Shown: positions 1-9,851, counted from the stretch's first letter. The stretch: DNA of 64,000 nucleotides from Kiloniellales bacterium (GCA_022361275.1 JAKSBE010000573.1:3882-67881); one strand, 5' to 3'. The notes: generated from the letters alone by a model not told the origin. Program-made: numbers and translations.

Positions 1-2
1 CC

Positions 3-431
3 GTGCGTGCGGCAAAGCTCTGGCTGCTCCCGGATCAGGGCGAGCTGCAGGCGCCCTTCATGGCCATGCCCCTCGGCATTCCCCACTGCGATGCGAGCGT
101 GCGCCGCTGTCAGGTCTGGATCGCGGAGAACTACGCCGTCGAGAATCCCGTGACGTCGATGATCGCGCACTCCGGTCTCGCTCCCACGACCTTTACCCGC
201 AGGTTTCGTCGCGCAACCGGCTACTCGCCGATGGACTACATCCAGGCCGTGCGCGTGGAAGAGAGCAAGCAGATGCTGGAGACCAGCGGCGAGAGCGTCG
301 AGAGGATCGGCTTCGCGGTCGGCTACGAAGACGCCACCTCGTTTCGTCGCCTGTTCAAACGCAAGACGGGACTCAATCCCGGCGACTATCGTCGAATGTT
401 CGGACGGGGCCGGTTCAGGAGGTATGCCTGA
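3..431 (+). CDS. AraC-family transcriptional regulator, C-terminal HTH part (5' end outside window)
   Basis: Typical AraC double-HTH C-terminus (TFTRRFRRATGYSPMDYIQAVRVEESKQML, GYEDATSFRRLFKRKTG). ORF runs off the left edge. Confidence 0.8.
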   Translation: MRAAKLWLLPDQGELQAPFMAMPLGIPHCDASVRRCQVWIAENYAVENPVTSMIAHSGLAPTTFTRRFRRATGYSPMDYIQAVRVEESKQMLETSGESVERIGFAVGYEDATSFRRLFKRKTGLNPGDYRRMFGRGRFRRYA

Positions 432-529
432 TCGAAACCGGAGATTCGGCAGGCCCCGTCGATGCGAGCGCATCCATGCGGGCAAGCCCGCCGTTTGATG
501 GCTGTCCGCGCGTCGCCTAGGGTCGGACG

Positions 530-976
530 GTGACTGTCTTTATCGAGGACATGACGGACGCCAGGCCACCTTTCGAGGACCCTGCCGTGGAGGCCGCCTT
601 CGCCGCCTTCCCGGCGCCCGCGCGGAGAGGTCTCCTGACCCTGCGCCGCCTGATCTTCGAGACGGCGGCGGAGACGCCCGGGGTCGGGGCGCTTGAGGAG
701 ACGCTGAAGTGGGGCCAGCCCGCCTACCTGACGCCGGAGACCGGGTCGGGCTCGACGATCCGGCTCGGCCGGCCCAAGCAGGGCGGCTTCGCCCTCTACA
801 CCCACTGCCAGTCCAGGCTGCTCCCGGACTTCCGAGACCTCTTCCCGGAGGACTTCGTCTACGAGGGCAACCGCGCCATCCGTTTCGAGGAGGGTGCGGC
901 GCTGCCGCTCGACAAGCTGCGGCTGCTGATCCGCAGCGCCTTGACCTACCGTCTCAAGCGGCGGTCCAGCCCTTGA
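530..976 (+). CDS. DUF1801 (YdhG-like) domain protein
   Basis: 148 aa with ETLKWGQPAY and other DUF1801-like motifs. GC3-rich codons in this frame. Confidence 0.65.
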   Translation: MTVFIEDMTDARPPFEDPAVEAAFAAFPAPARRGLLTLRRLIFETAAETPGVGALEETLKWGQPAYLTPETGSGSTIRLGRPKQGGFALYTHCQSRLLPDFRDLFPEDFVYEGNRAIRFEEGAALPLDKLRLLIRSALTYRLKRRSSP

Positions 977-1067
977 ACCGGGGGTCGGCGAGGCTCGGCC
1001 TCGAACGCGGATAAGACCCCGCGCTCCCCGCTTGCAAAGCCCCCATTTTACGGCCAAGTCTTGAGGC

Positions 1068-3644
1068 ATGGTTTCGCGTCCCCGGGGCCGGATCACCGCG
1101 GTCCTCGGCCCCACGAACACCGGCAAGACGCACCTGGCGATCGAGCGCATGCTCGGCCACGCCAGCGGCATCATCGGCTTTCCCCTGCGCCTGCTGGCGC
1201 GGGAGAACTACGACCGGGCCCTGAAGGCCAAGGGGCGGGGCCAGGTCGCCCTGGTCACCGGCGAGGAGAAAATCGTCCCGCCGGGTGCGCGCTACTTCTT
1301 CTGCACCGTGGAGTCCATGCCGGTCGACCGGCCGGTCGACTTCCTGGCCATCGACGAGATCCAGCTCGCCGCCGACCCGGAGCGCGGTCACGTCTTCACC
1401 GACCGGCTGCTGAACCCCCGCGGCCTGGAGGAGACCATGTTCCTGGGCGCGGCGACCATCGCCCGCCTGATCCGGGCCCTGGTGCCCGAGGCCGAGCAGG
1501 TCACGCGGCCGCGCCTCTCGACCCTCAGCTACGCCGGGCCGCGCAAGGTCACGCGCCTGCCGCCGCGCTCGGCCGCGGTCGCCTTCTCGGCCGCCGGGGT
1601 CTACGAGCTGGCCGAGGTGCTGCGCCGCCAGCGCGGCGGCACGGCGGTGGTCCTGGGCGCGCTCAGCCCGCGCACCCGCAACGCCCAGGTCGGCATGTTC
1701 GAGGCCGGCGAGGTCGACTACCTGGTCGCGACCGACGCCATCGGCATGGGCCTGAACCTGAGCCTGGACCACGTCGCCTTCACCAGGCTGGTCAAGTTCG
1801 ACGGCCGCCATCCGCGCCGCCTGAGCCCGCCCGAGGTCGCCCAGATCGCCGGCCGCGCCGGCCGCCACATGAGCAACGGCACCTTCGGCACCACCGCCGA
1901 GCTGGGCCCGATGGAGCCGGAGCTGGTCGAGGCGGTCGAGAGCCACCGCTTCGACCCGATCACCGGGCTCTACTGGCGGAACAGCGACCTGGACTTCCGC
2001 TCCGCCGCGCAGCTCCAGCGCAGCCTGGAGCGGCGCCCGCCCGACCCCTGCCTGCTGCGGGTCCGCGAACCGGACGACCAGCGGGCCCTGGCGGCCCTGC
2101 TGCACGATCCCGAGGCGCACAAGCGGGCCGGCACCCCCGAGGCGCTGCGCCTGCTGTGGGAGGTCTGCCAGATCCCGGACTTCCGCAAGATCCTGTCGGA
2201 CCAGCACGCCCGCCTGCTGGGTCAGGTCTTCCGCCACCTGCGCGACGGCGAGGGGCGCCTGCCGAACGACTGGGTGGCGCGCCAGATCGCCCGCATCGAC
2301 CGCGACGACGGCGACATCGATACCCTGGTGGCCCGCATCGCCCACGTCCGCACCTGGACCTACATCAGCCACCGGGCCGACTGGCTGGAGGCCGGCGCCG
2401 AATGGCAGGAGCGCACCCGCGCCCTGGAGGACAAACTGTCCGATGCCCTGCACGCCCGTCTGACCCAGCGCTTCGTCGACCGCCGCGCGGCCGCCCTGGT
2501 CCGCCGCCTGGCCGAAGGCGGCGAGCTGATCGGCGCCCTGCGCAGCAACGGCGAGGTCGTGGTCGAGGGCGAGTTCGTCGGCCGGCTGGCCGGCTTCCGC
2601 TTCGAGCTCGACCCCGAGGTCGCGGGGGAGGACGCCAAGCCCCTGCTGGCCGCGGCCCGGCGGGTCCTGGCGAGCGCGGTCCCGGCCCGCCTGCGCGACC
2701 TGGAGGTCTCGCCGGACGGCGTCTTCAGTCTGGGCAAGGACGGCCGGATCCTGTGGCAGGGCGCCGCCGTCGCCCGCCTGGCGCCGGGCCCGGAGGTCCT
2801 CAAGCCCGCGGTCCAGCCCCTGGCCAGCGACTTCCTCGACGGCCCGGCGCGCGAGCGTCTGCGCCGCCGTCTGGACACCTGGCTGCAGGGCCTGCTGCGC
2901 CGCAAGCTGGCGCCGCTCTACCGCCTGCGCGAGGCCGGCCTCGACGGGGCCAGGCTCGACGGGGCCGGGCTGAACGGAACCGCCAGGGGCGTCGCCTTCC
3001 AGCTCGCCGAGGCCCTGGGCTGCCTGCCGCGCAGCGGCTTCGGCGGCCAGCTCGAGAGCCTGGACAAGGCGGACCGGAAGGCCCTGGGCGATCTCGGCGT
3101 GCGGCTCGGGATGACCGGGGTCTTCCTGGTCGACCTGCTCCGCTCGCGCACGGCGCCGCTGCGGGGCCTGCTGTGGTGCGTTCACGCCGGGCGGCCGGCG
3201 CCCGAGCTGCCGCCGGCCAAGGCCAAGTCCTTCGCCGTGGGCGCCGGGCTCGATCCCCGCCTCTGCCAGGCCATGGGCTTCCGGCGCCTGGGCAGGGACG
3301 GCGGCAGGCTGGCGATCCGCGCCGACGCCCTGGAGCGCCTGGCCCGCGAGGCGCGCAAACTGAGCCGGCAGGGTTCCTTCGCCGCGACGCCGGCGCTCTG
3401 CAGGCTCATCGACGCCGAGGAGGCGGAGCTGCGCGCGGTCCTGAGCGGTCTCGGCTATCAGGAGACGACCGACGACCAGGGCAGCCGCTTCGAGACCCGG
3501 GCCGGCAGGCGCGGCCTCAAGGGCAAGACGGCCGGGAAACGCCGCCGGGGCAAGCCGCCCGCGCATTCGCCCTTCGCCAAGCTGCGCGACCTGGGGCTCG
3601 CCGAGGGACGGGCCAAGGGACGGGCCAAGGGGCAGGCCAAGTGA
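1068..3644 (+). CDS. Suv3-like ATP-dependent helicase
   Basis: Walker A GPTNTGKTH near the N-terminus, DEIQ box, helicase C motifs. Position upstream of the S4/fdxA/carD block is conserved in alphaproteobacteria. The overlapping 1061..4069 and 954..3566 ORFs are shadow frames. Confidence 0.85.
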   Translation: MVSRPRGRITAVLGPTNTGKTHLAIERMLGHASGIIGFPLRLLARENYDRALKAKGRGQVALVTGEEKIVPPGARYFFCTVESMPVDRPVDFLAIDEIQLAADPERGHVFTDRLLNPRGLEETMFLGAATIARLIRALVPEAEQVTRPRLSTLSYAGPRKVTRLPPRSAAVAFSAAGVYELAEVLRRQRGGTAVVLGALSPRTRNAQVGMFEAGEVDYLVATDAIGMGLNLSLDHVAFTRLVKFDGRHPRRLSPPEVAQIAGRAGRHMSNGTFGTTAELGPMEPELVEAVESHRFDPITGLYWRNSDLDFRSAAQLQRSLERRPPDPCLLRVREPDDQRALAALLHDPEAHKRAGTPEALRLLWEVCQIPDFRKILSDQHARLLGQVFRHLRDGEGRLPNDWVARQIARIDRDDGDIDTLVARIAHVRTWTYISHRADWLEAGAEWQERTRALEDKLSDALHARLTQRFVDRRAAALVRRLAEGGELIGALRSNGEVVVEGEFVGRLAGFRFELDPEVAGEDAKPLLAAARRVLASAVPARLRDLEVSPDGVFSLGKDGRILWQGAAVARLAPGPEVLKPAVQPLASDFLDGPARERLRRRLDTWLQGLLRRKLAPLYRLREAGLDGARLDGAGLNGTARGVAFQLAEALGCLPRSGFGGQLESLDKADRKALGDLGVRLGMTGVFLVDLLRSRTAPLRGLLWCVHAGRPAPELPPAKAKSFAVGAGLDPRLCQAMGFRRLGRDGGRLAIRADALERLAREARKLSRQGSFAATPALCRLIDAEEAELRAVLSGLGYQETTDDQGSRFETRAGRRGLKGKTAGKRRRGKPPAHSPFAKLRDLGLAEGRAKGRAKGQAK

Positions 3645-3652
3645 CCGGCCAG

Positions 3653-4069
3653 ATGACCGGACGGGCGACCGGGGGCGCGGAAGCCGCGATCCGCGCCGAC
3701 AAGTGGCTCTGGTACGCGCGCTTCTTCAAGACCCGGACCCTGGCCAGCAAGGTCTGCGCCGCCGGCCAGCTCCGCCTCTCGGGCAGCCTGGTGGCCAAGG
3801 CGCACCAGAAGGTCAAGGTCGGCGACGTCCTGACCTTCCCGCAGGGCCGCCACATCCGGGTGGTCAAGGTCCGCGCCCTGGGCAACCGGCGCGGCCCGGC
3901 CAGCGAAGCCCAGAGCCTCTACGAGGACCTCAGACCGCCGACGGCCGAAACCCGGCTGCCCCGCGACACGCCGGTCGCCCGGCGCGCGGCCGGCAGCGGC
4001 CGCCCGACCAAGAAGGAGCGCCGCGCCCTGGGGCGGCTCACCGGTGAGCGGCTCACCCGTGAGGAGTAA
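3653..4069 (+). CDS. S4-domain RNA-binding protein (Hsp15-like)
   Basis: RADKWLWYARFFKTRTLASKVCAAGQLRLSG...GDVLTF is a classic S4 / heat-shock protein 15 signature. ATG at 3653, or GTG at 3641 overlapping the helicase stop. Confidence 0.8.
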   Translation: MTGRATGGAEAAIRADKWLWYARFFKTRTLASKVCAAGQLRLSGSLVAKAHQKVKVGDVLTFPQGRHIRVVKVRALGNRRGPASEAQSLYEDLRPPTAETRLPRDTPVARRAAGSGRPTKKERRALGRLTGERLTREE

Positions 4070-4079
4070 GCCCAGGACG

Positions 4080-4712
4080 CTAAAGCCGGCGGAACACGAC
4101 CGAGAGGTTGTTGGCCGGCATCTCGATCGCCTCGGCCGGGCCGAAGCCGGCCGCCGCCGCGAGCGCCGCCACCGCCCCCAGGTCGCGGACTCCCCAGGCG
4201 GGGTCCTGGGCGCGCAGGCTGCGGTCGAAGGCGGCGTTGCTAGGTGCCGTGTGCCGGCCGTCCCGTCGGAAGGGGCCGTAGAGATAGAGCACCCCGCCCG
4301 GCGCCAGCAGGCGGCCGGCGCCGGCGACCAAGCCCTCGGCGGCGGCCCAGGGGGCGATGTGGATCATGTTGATGCAGACCACGGCGGCGGCCTCGGTCAC
4401 CGGCCAGGCGGCGTCGCGGGCGTCGAGTGCCAGCGGCGGCTCCAGATTCGTGCAGGCCGCCTGCCGAGCGTGGGCGGCGATGCTGCGGCGCAACTCGCGG
4501 TCCGGGTCGCTGGGCTGCCAGAGCCGCGGGACCAGACGCGGCGCGAAGTAGGCCGCATGCTCGCCGGTACCGCTGGCGACCTCGAGGACCCGGCCATCCG
4601 CCGGCAGAACCGCGCTCAGGATCTCGAGGATCGGCACGCGGTTCCGCTGGGTGGCCGGGGCATGGCGGCAGTCCGCCGATCCGCGGTCAGGAGGGGGTCC
4701 AGTCGTCGGCAT
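4080..4712 (-). CDS. DUF938-type SAM-dependent methyltransferase-like protein
   Basis: Only the 3' 633 nt of the 4080..6701 ORF look real: MPTTGPP...RNRVPILEIL...LEVASGTGEHAAYFA...WQPSD. ATG verified at 4710-4712 on the minus strand. Confidence 0.75.
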   Translation of the reverse strand: MPTTGPPPDRGSADCRHAPATQRNRVPILEILSAVLPADGRVLEVASGTGEHAAYFAPRLVPRLWQPSDPDRELRRSIAAHARQAACTNLEPPLALDARDAAWPVTEAAAVVCINMIHIAPWAAAEGLVAGAGRLLAPGGVLYLYGPFRRDGRHTAPSNAAFDRSLRAQDPAWGVRDLGAVAALAAAAGFGPAEAIEMPANNLSVVFRRL

Positions 4713-4796
4713 GGGGGCCAGAATGACCAAAGGCGAAGGGGCCGACAAGGCCCTGCAATCCCATAATTTGGCCGGGGTTGAGCGGGCCGGGCACGC

Positions 4797-5333
4797 ATGA
4801 TAGGCAAGCGCATGTTCGCCCGCATCAAGGCCCTGCTCTCGGAGACCGAGCCCGCGCTGTCCGGGGATGGCGCCGAGGGTCTCGGCCGGCTCGAGGTCGC
4901 GGCGGCCGCGCTTCTGGTCGAGGCGGCGCTGATGGACGGGAGCTTCGATCCGGTCGAGCGCGACAAGATCGTAAAGCTTCTGGCACGGCGCTTCGATCTT
5001 GCCGCGGCCAAGGCCGAGGCGCTGATCGATACCGCCGAAGCGAAGGTGCGGCAGACACCGCAGCTCTACGCCTTCACCCGGGTCGTGAAGGACGAGTTCG
5101 AATACGAGGACCGCGTCGAGTTGATCGAAATGCTCTGGGAGGTCGCCTATGCCGACGGCGATCTGCACGATTTCGAAGCGAGTCTTCTGCGCCGCATCGC
5201 CGGCCTCATCTACGTCTCGGACCGCGACAGTGGCGCCGCGCGCAAGCGCGCCCTGGACCGCGCACATAAGGGCGTCCCCGAGGGCGTCCCCAAGGACACC
5301 CAGGCGGGACCCGAGTCCGACGCATCGTCCTAA
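4797..5333 (+). CDS. TerB-family (tellurite-resistance-like) protein
   Basis: AAALLVEAALMDGSFDPVERDKIVKLL and MLWEVAYADGDLHDFEASLLRRIAGLI resemble the TerB fold. Confidence 0.65.
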   Translation: MIGKRMFARIKALLSETEPALSGDGAEGLGRLEVAAAALLVEAALMDGSFDPVERDKIVKLLARRFDLAAAKAEALIDTAEAKVRQTPQLYAFTRVVKDEFEYEDRVELIEMLWEVAYADGDLHDFEASLLRRIAGLIYVSDRDSGAARKRALDRAHKGVPEGVPKDTQAGPESDASS

Positions 5334-5351
5334 GAGGGGAGCTAACCCACC

Positions 5352-5690
5352 ATGACCTATATCGTCACCGACACCTGTATCCGATGCAAGTACATGGATT
5401 GCGTCGAGGTCTGCCCGGTCGACTGCTTCTACGAAGGCGAGAACATGCTGGTCATCCATCCGGACGAATGCATCGATTGCGGCGTCTGCGAGCCGGAATG
5501 CCCGCCCGAGGCGATCCTGCCCGATACCGACCCCGCGGCCGAGAAGTGGCTCGAACTGAACCGGCAGTACAGCGAGTCCTGGCCCAACATCACCCGCAAG
5601 GGGGAGAGCCCCGCGGACGCGGACGCGTACAAGGACGAGGAAGGCAAGTTCGACAAGTATTTCAGCGCAAACCCCGGTCAGGGCAGTTGA
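5352..5690 (+). CDS. fdxA: 7Fe ferredoxin
   Basis: [29 protein letters not shown]...[12 protein letters not shown] shows canonical FdxA cysteine spacing. Confidence 0.9.
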   Translation: MTYIVTDTCIRCKYMDCVEVCPVDCFYEGENMLVIHPDECIDCGVCEPECPPEAILPDTDPAAEKWLELNRQYSESWPNITRKGESPADADAYKDEEGKFDKYFSANPGQGS

Positions 5691-5862
5691 GCGTCGTTTT
5701 CCCGGCAAAAACCTCGGGGTTCCGGTAGCTTGGCACCCGTCCGGGGGCGGTCCATGCTGCACCGCAGCGTTGTCTTTCACGTAAAATTCGTGTATAGGTA
5801 ACTTGCGGTTAATGTGGAACCCTGAGTGGGCGATTCTATCAGTTTCAAAGGGGGTCTGGAGG

Positions 5863-5883
5863 GGGCGCGAGAGCGCCCTTTTT
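5863..5883 (+). terminator. Rho-independent terminator-like hairpin plus T-run
   Basis: gggcgc-gaga-gcgccc followed by ttttt. Lies between fdxA and carD. Confidence 0.5.
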
Positions 5884-6011
5884 GTGCGATACCCGGTTTC
5901 GCGGAAGAGGTCAACCTGGGCCTCTTCGGGCGGCCGTGGCGGTCGCCGCAGGCATTGCGCTGCGGCGGAACGGCCCGACCGGGACGCAGGAAGCATATGG
6001 AGAGAGTCTGA

Positions 6012-6524
6012 ATGACAGCGAAGACCAAGGCGAAGAAAAGCGACTACGCGGCTGGCGATCACGTCGTTTATCCGACCCATGGTGTCGGGCGGGTTCTGGG
6101 AGTCGAGACGCAGGAGATCTCCGGGATCACGCTGGATTTGATCGTGATCAAGTTCGAGAAGGATCGCATGACCCTCAGGGTCCCGGTCGAGAAGGCCGAG
6201 AACTCTGGGCTTCGCAAGCTGTCGACCCGCAAGGTCATGGACAGCGCGCTGCAGACCCTGAAGGGGCGCAGCCGGGCCAAGAAGACCATGTGGAGCCGCC
6301 GGGCCCAGGAGTACGAGGCCAAGATCAACTCCGGTGATCCGGTCTCGATCGCGGAGGTGGTGCGCGACCTGCACCGGGGCGACGACCAGCCCGACCAGTC
6401 CTACAGCGAGCGGCAGATGTACCAGGCCGCGCTGGAGCGACTGGCCCGCGAACTGGGCGCCTTGGAGCACATCGATGAGGCCTCGGCCCAGGCGAAGCTC
6501 GAGAAGGCGCTGCGCGCCGCCTGA
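6012..6524 (+). CDS. carD: CarD-family transcriptional regulator
   Basis: GDHVVYPTHGVGRVLGVETQEISG...LRVPVEKAE and MWSRRAQEYEAKINSGD are typical CarD/CdnL motifs. Confidence 0.9.
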   Translation: MTAKTKAKKSDYAAGDHVVYPTHGVGRVLGVETQEISGITLDLIVIKFEKDRMTLRVPVEKAENSGLRKLSTRKVMDSALQTLKGRSRAKKTMWSRRAQEYEAKINSGDPVSIAEVVRDLHRGDDQPDQSYSERQMYQAALERLARELGALEHIDEASAQAKLEKALRAA

Positions 6525-6549
6525 CCTTAATCGGGCGTCTCGGTTCCCA

Positions 6550-6584
6550 ACGGCCAGGGCCCGACCCTGGCCGTTTGTCGTTTC
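6550..6584 (+). terminator. Rho-independent terminator of carD
   Basis: Perfect 10-bp stem acggccaggg / ccctggccgt with a 5-nt loop, followed by a T-rich tract ttgtcgtttc. Confidence 0.6.
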
Positions 6585-6833
6585 GGGGGCGCCGTTTCTG
6601 GGCCGCCGTTTCTGGGCACGAATGCCGAGGGTCCGGCTACGGCGACTTGCGCGGCGATGGGGGCAGCATCCCGAAAACCCGCCGCCGGAACCAGAAGTCA
6701 CAGAATTCCAGCGGGCCGCTGGTGATTGAAACGGGTTAAGTAATTAAGACTTCAGCTACCGACGCGGAATACTATTCAGGTGCCGAGACCTCAAGCAAAG
6801 CCCCCAGCAAGGCCTCCTGCCAACAAGTCGGTC

Positions 6834-7454
6834 ATGCCCAGGAAGCTCCGATTGCCGCGTCTGATCGACAGGTCACGCCTGTTCTTCGGGTTTCTTGTCG
6901 CCGCCTTGCTGCCCGGGACGATGTACGGGCTGATCGAGGCGTCGAAAAGCATTCCCGACCAGGGAGTCCTGCTCAGCGTCGCCGACGTCGGCAAGTTCGC
7001 CTTGCTGTTCCTCTTCTTCACGATCCCGGCGATCGTGCTCTTCGGCCTGCCGATCTTCCTCGCCTACCGGCGTCTGGCCTGGGAGAACACTCTCGGCTTC
7101 GTGCTCGCCGGGGCGGTCAGCGCGATGCTCTGGATCGTCGCCTTCGCGTCGATCAAGGCCGGCGAGTTTCCGGCTCTTCAGTTGCAGGACCTGCGGCTTC
7201 TGGTGCTGAGGGTCGCGATCCCCGGAGCCATGGCCGGCCTGGCGTTCTACCTGATCGTCTACGTCAAGTTCCACCACATCAAGTGGAGCTACGACAACAT
7301 CGACAAGCGATGGCTCTGGCTGCTGCTGATTCCCGCGCTGCTGATACAGGAGCGCCTGCTCGACTGGGCGAACACCAAGATCGACGAGAACTCCGGCTCG
7401 CTGGTCGAGGTCATGGGTATGGCCTGGGACTGGCTGTCGCACGACCTCTTCTAA
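6834..7454 (+). CDS. hypothetical multi-pass membrane protein
   Basis: Several hydrophobic spans. Lower GC than neighbours. No recognisable motif. Alternative GTG start at 6780. Confidence 0.45.
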   Translation: MPRKLRLPRLIDRSRLFFGFLVAALLPGTMYGLIEASKSIPDQGVLLSVADVGKFALLFLFFTIPAIVLFGLPIFLAYRRLAWENTLGFVLAGAVSAMLWIVAFASIKAGEFPALQLQDLRLLVLRVAIPGAMAGLAFYLIVYVKFHHIKWSYDNIDKRWLWLLLIPALLIQERLLDWANTKIDENSGSLVEVMGMAWDWLSHDLF

Positions 7455-7677
7455 GGCGGCGCTCGGTCCTCACCTCGTCCCCCTGGCCGACCGCAGTAGA
7501 CTTATACCAAGGAGCGGGATTGAAGACAGGAGGCCGATTCCGCCTCATGCCATCGTGTTCCAGACGTGGCTTGTCTTTAGCCCTCCGGAACGACATCCTC
7601 GCTCTGCAGGGGAGCGCACGCCTGCGGCTTCGGAAGAGCCTGGGCGCGGGGAAAACGACAAGCCACGACTGAGTCCT

Positions 7678-8484
7678 GTGTCCACTTTCAAGAGCCAGAA
7701 GTTCGCCGTCCTGCGCCGCGCGTCGCGGGTCTGGGCGATCGCCTCGGTCCACGGCGAGGCCGACCGCCTGAAACGGTTGCACGCGGAGATCCGTGATCGG
7801 TTCCAGCCGGGCGATCGGCTGGTGTACCTGGGCAACATCATGGGCCGGGGCCCGGCGGTGCACGAAACGATCGATGCCCTGTTGTCCTTCCGGATCGCCG
7901 TCCTGGCGCAACCAGGGATCTTCGCCTGCGACGTCGCCATCCTGCGCGGCCGCCAGGAAGAGATGTGGCAGAAGCTGCTGCAGCTTCAGTTCGCCGCCGA
8001 GCCGCGCCAAGTTCTGACCTGGATGCTGGATCAGGGCCTGGCTTCGACCCTGGAGGCCTACGGCGGCGATGCCCAGGAAGGCCTGCGCGCGGCCAGCAGC
8101 GGCGCGGTCCACCTGACCCGCTGGACCGGCAAGCTGCGCCAGGCGATGAAGGCCTGCGCGGGCCACTTCGAGGTTCTGACCAGCCTGCGCCGCGCCGCCT
8201 TCACGGACGACGGCGGCCTGCTCTTCGTCAGTGCCGGGCTCGACCCCGGGCGGCCGCTGGAGGCGCAGAAGGACAGCTTCTGGTGGAGCAACCAGAGCTT
8301 CGCCGAGATGACCGAGCCCTACTACGGCTTCCGCCGGGTCGTACGCGGCTTCGACCGGAAACACCCGGGCCTGGACCTGTCGGCGCACGGCGCCACCCTG
8401 GACGGCGGCGCCGGCTTCGGCGGCCCTCTGCTGGCCGCCTGCTTCCTGCCCGACGGCGAGGTCGGCGACCTGCTCGAGGCCTGA
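7678..8484 (+). CDS. metallophosphoesterase (PPP/ApaH-like) homologue with degenerate catalytic motifs
   Basis: Layout resembles PPP phosphatases, but the motifs read VHG, GNIMGRG and RGRQE instead of GDxHG, GDxxDRG and GNHE. GTG start at 7678 is a guess; the ORF opens at 7555. Confidence 0.5.
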   Translation: MSTFKSQKFAVLRRASRVWAIASVHGEADRLKRLHAEIRDRFQPGDRLVYLGNIMGRGPAVHETIDALLSFRIAVLAQPGIFACDVAILRGRQEEMWQKLLQLQFAAEPRQVLTWMLDQGLASTLEAYGGDAQEGLRAASSGAVHLTRWTGKLRQAMKACAGHFEVLTSLRRAAFTDDGGLLFVSAGLDPGRPLEAQKDSFWWSNQSFAEMTEPYYGFRRVVRGFDRKHPGLDLSAHGATLDGGAGFGGPLLAACFLPDGEVGDLLEA

Positions 8485-8669
8485 TCCGGCCCGCTGTACA
8501 CGGCAGGCATCGGCCCGCCCTGTCCCTCGGCAGCGCCCGCTTTCATTCAATCTTAAGCGTGCAACTCCAGAGTGTTTCTTAGGCCTCTCAAGGCGAAATA
8601 AGACCTTTTCCCTAATCATTTCTTGCCGGCAAACGCCGGTCAGGACATGGCTTCATCAGGAGACACCCC

Positions 8670-9851
8670 ATGGCCAACAAGAAAGACCGTATCTTTCTTG
8701 GCTCGGTAGTTTCGCTCGCCCTCTTGGCAGCGGCTGCGACGGACGTCAGCGCCGAGCCCGGTGTGCTCAACGATCGAATCGTCTTCGGTCAGTCAGCCGC
8801 CCTCGACGGCCCCGCAGAAGCCCTGGGCCAGGGCATGCGCGAAGGCATCCTCGCGGCCTTCGCGGAGGCGAACCACGCCGGCGGAGTCGGCGGCCGGCTC
8901 CTCGACCTGATCAGCTACGACGACGGCTACGAGCCGATGCGGGCGATCGACCAGACCGCCAAGCTGATCGACGAGGACCAGGTCTTCGCGCTGATCGGCG
9001 GCGTCGGCACCCCGACCTCGCGGGCCGCTCAGCCGATCGCCACGGACGCCGGGGTGCCCTACATCGGCGCCTTCACCGGTGCCGGGTTCCTGCGCTCCTC
9101 GAACCTTACCAACGTGGTCAACGTCAGAGGCAGCTACGACCAGGAGACCGAGGCCTGGATCAAACACCTGACCGAGGACCTGAACTACGACCGCATCGCC
9201 ATCCTCTATCAGAAGGATTCCTTCGGCCGCGCCGGGCTTTCCGGGGTCAGGAAGGCGATGAAGAAGCGCGGTCTGTCCCCGGTCGCCAAGGGTACCTACA
9301 AGCGCAACACCGTCGAGGTCGACGAGGCCTTCCAGAAGATCCACCGGTCCAACCCCCAGGCCGTCGTGACGGTCGGCGCCTACAAGCCGATCGCGGCCTT
9401 CATCAAGCGGGCCCGCGAAGCCGGGATGAACTCGGTCTTCGTCAACATCTCCTTCGTCGGCAGCAAGGCCCTGGCCCAGGAACTGGGCCCCAACGGCCGC
9501 GGTGTCGTGATCACCCAGGTGGTGCCCTTCCCCTGGGACACCTCGCTGCCGCTGGTCGAGCGCTACCAGCGGGCGATCAAGGCAACCAATCCGAAGGCGG
9601 AGTTCGGCTTCGTCTCGCTGGAGGGCTACATGGTCGGCCGGCTGACCGTCATGGCCCTGCAGCGGATGCAGGGCCAGCCGACGCGGGCGAACCTGCTGAA
9701 GGCCATCACCGGTAGCGGTCCCTTCGACCTGGGCGGGGTCATCCTGACCTTCGGCCCCGGCGACAACCAGGGCATGGACCGGGTCTTTCTGACCGTCATC
9801 AAGCCTGACGGCAGCTTCAGGGCGGTCAACGCCCTCGACGAGCTCGGCTGA
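8670..9851 (+). CDS. periplasmic binding protein, LivK-like (type 1 PBP), copy 1
   Basis: Signal peptide, then [22 protein letters not shown]...YDDGYEP...LIGGVGTPT. No cognate permease or ATPase nearby. Confidence 0.85.
   Translation: MANKKDRIFLGSVVSLALLAAAATDVSAEPGVLNDRIVFGQSAALDGPAEALGQGMREGILAAFAEANHAGGVGGRLLDLISYDDGYEPMRAIDQTAKLIDEDQVFALIGGVGTPTSRAAQPIATDAGVPYIGAFTGAGFLRSSNLTNVVNVRGSYDQETEAWIKHLTEDLNYDRIAILYQKDSFGRAGLSGVRKAMKKRGLSPVAKGTYKRNTVEVDEAFQKIHRSNPQAVVTVGAYKPIAAFIKRAREAGMNSVFVNISFVGSKALAQELGPNGRGVVITQVVPFPWDTSLPLVERYQRAIKATNPKAEFGFVSLEGYMVGRLTVMALQRMQGQPTRANLLKAITGSGPFDLGGVILTFGPGDNQGMDRVFLTVIKPDGSFRAVNALDELG

Noticed and set aside
954-4069. Very long ORFs overlapping the helicase gene (954..3566 minus, 1061..4069 plus). 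Similar giants occur elsewhere: 10057..11811, 11336..13696, 13859..15406, 15320..17209, 33430..35769, 40144..41523, 43095..44183, 54229..56034, 57962..60241, 60026..61192.
   Set aside because: Their translations are Arg/Pro/Gly/Ala-rich low-complexity strings with no motifs. They lie antisense or out of frame to genes with clear family signatures. This is the usual shadow-ORF artefact of high-GC DNA.
4080-6701. An 873-aa ORF spanning the fdxA and carD region on the minus strand.
   Set aside because: Only its last 210 codons (4080..4712) show a recognisable family (DUF938). The rest is antisense to TerB, fdxA and carD.
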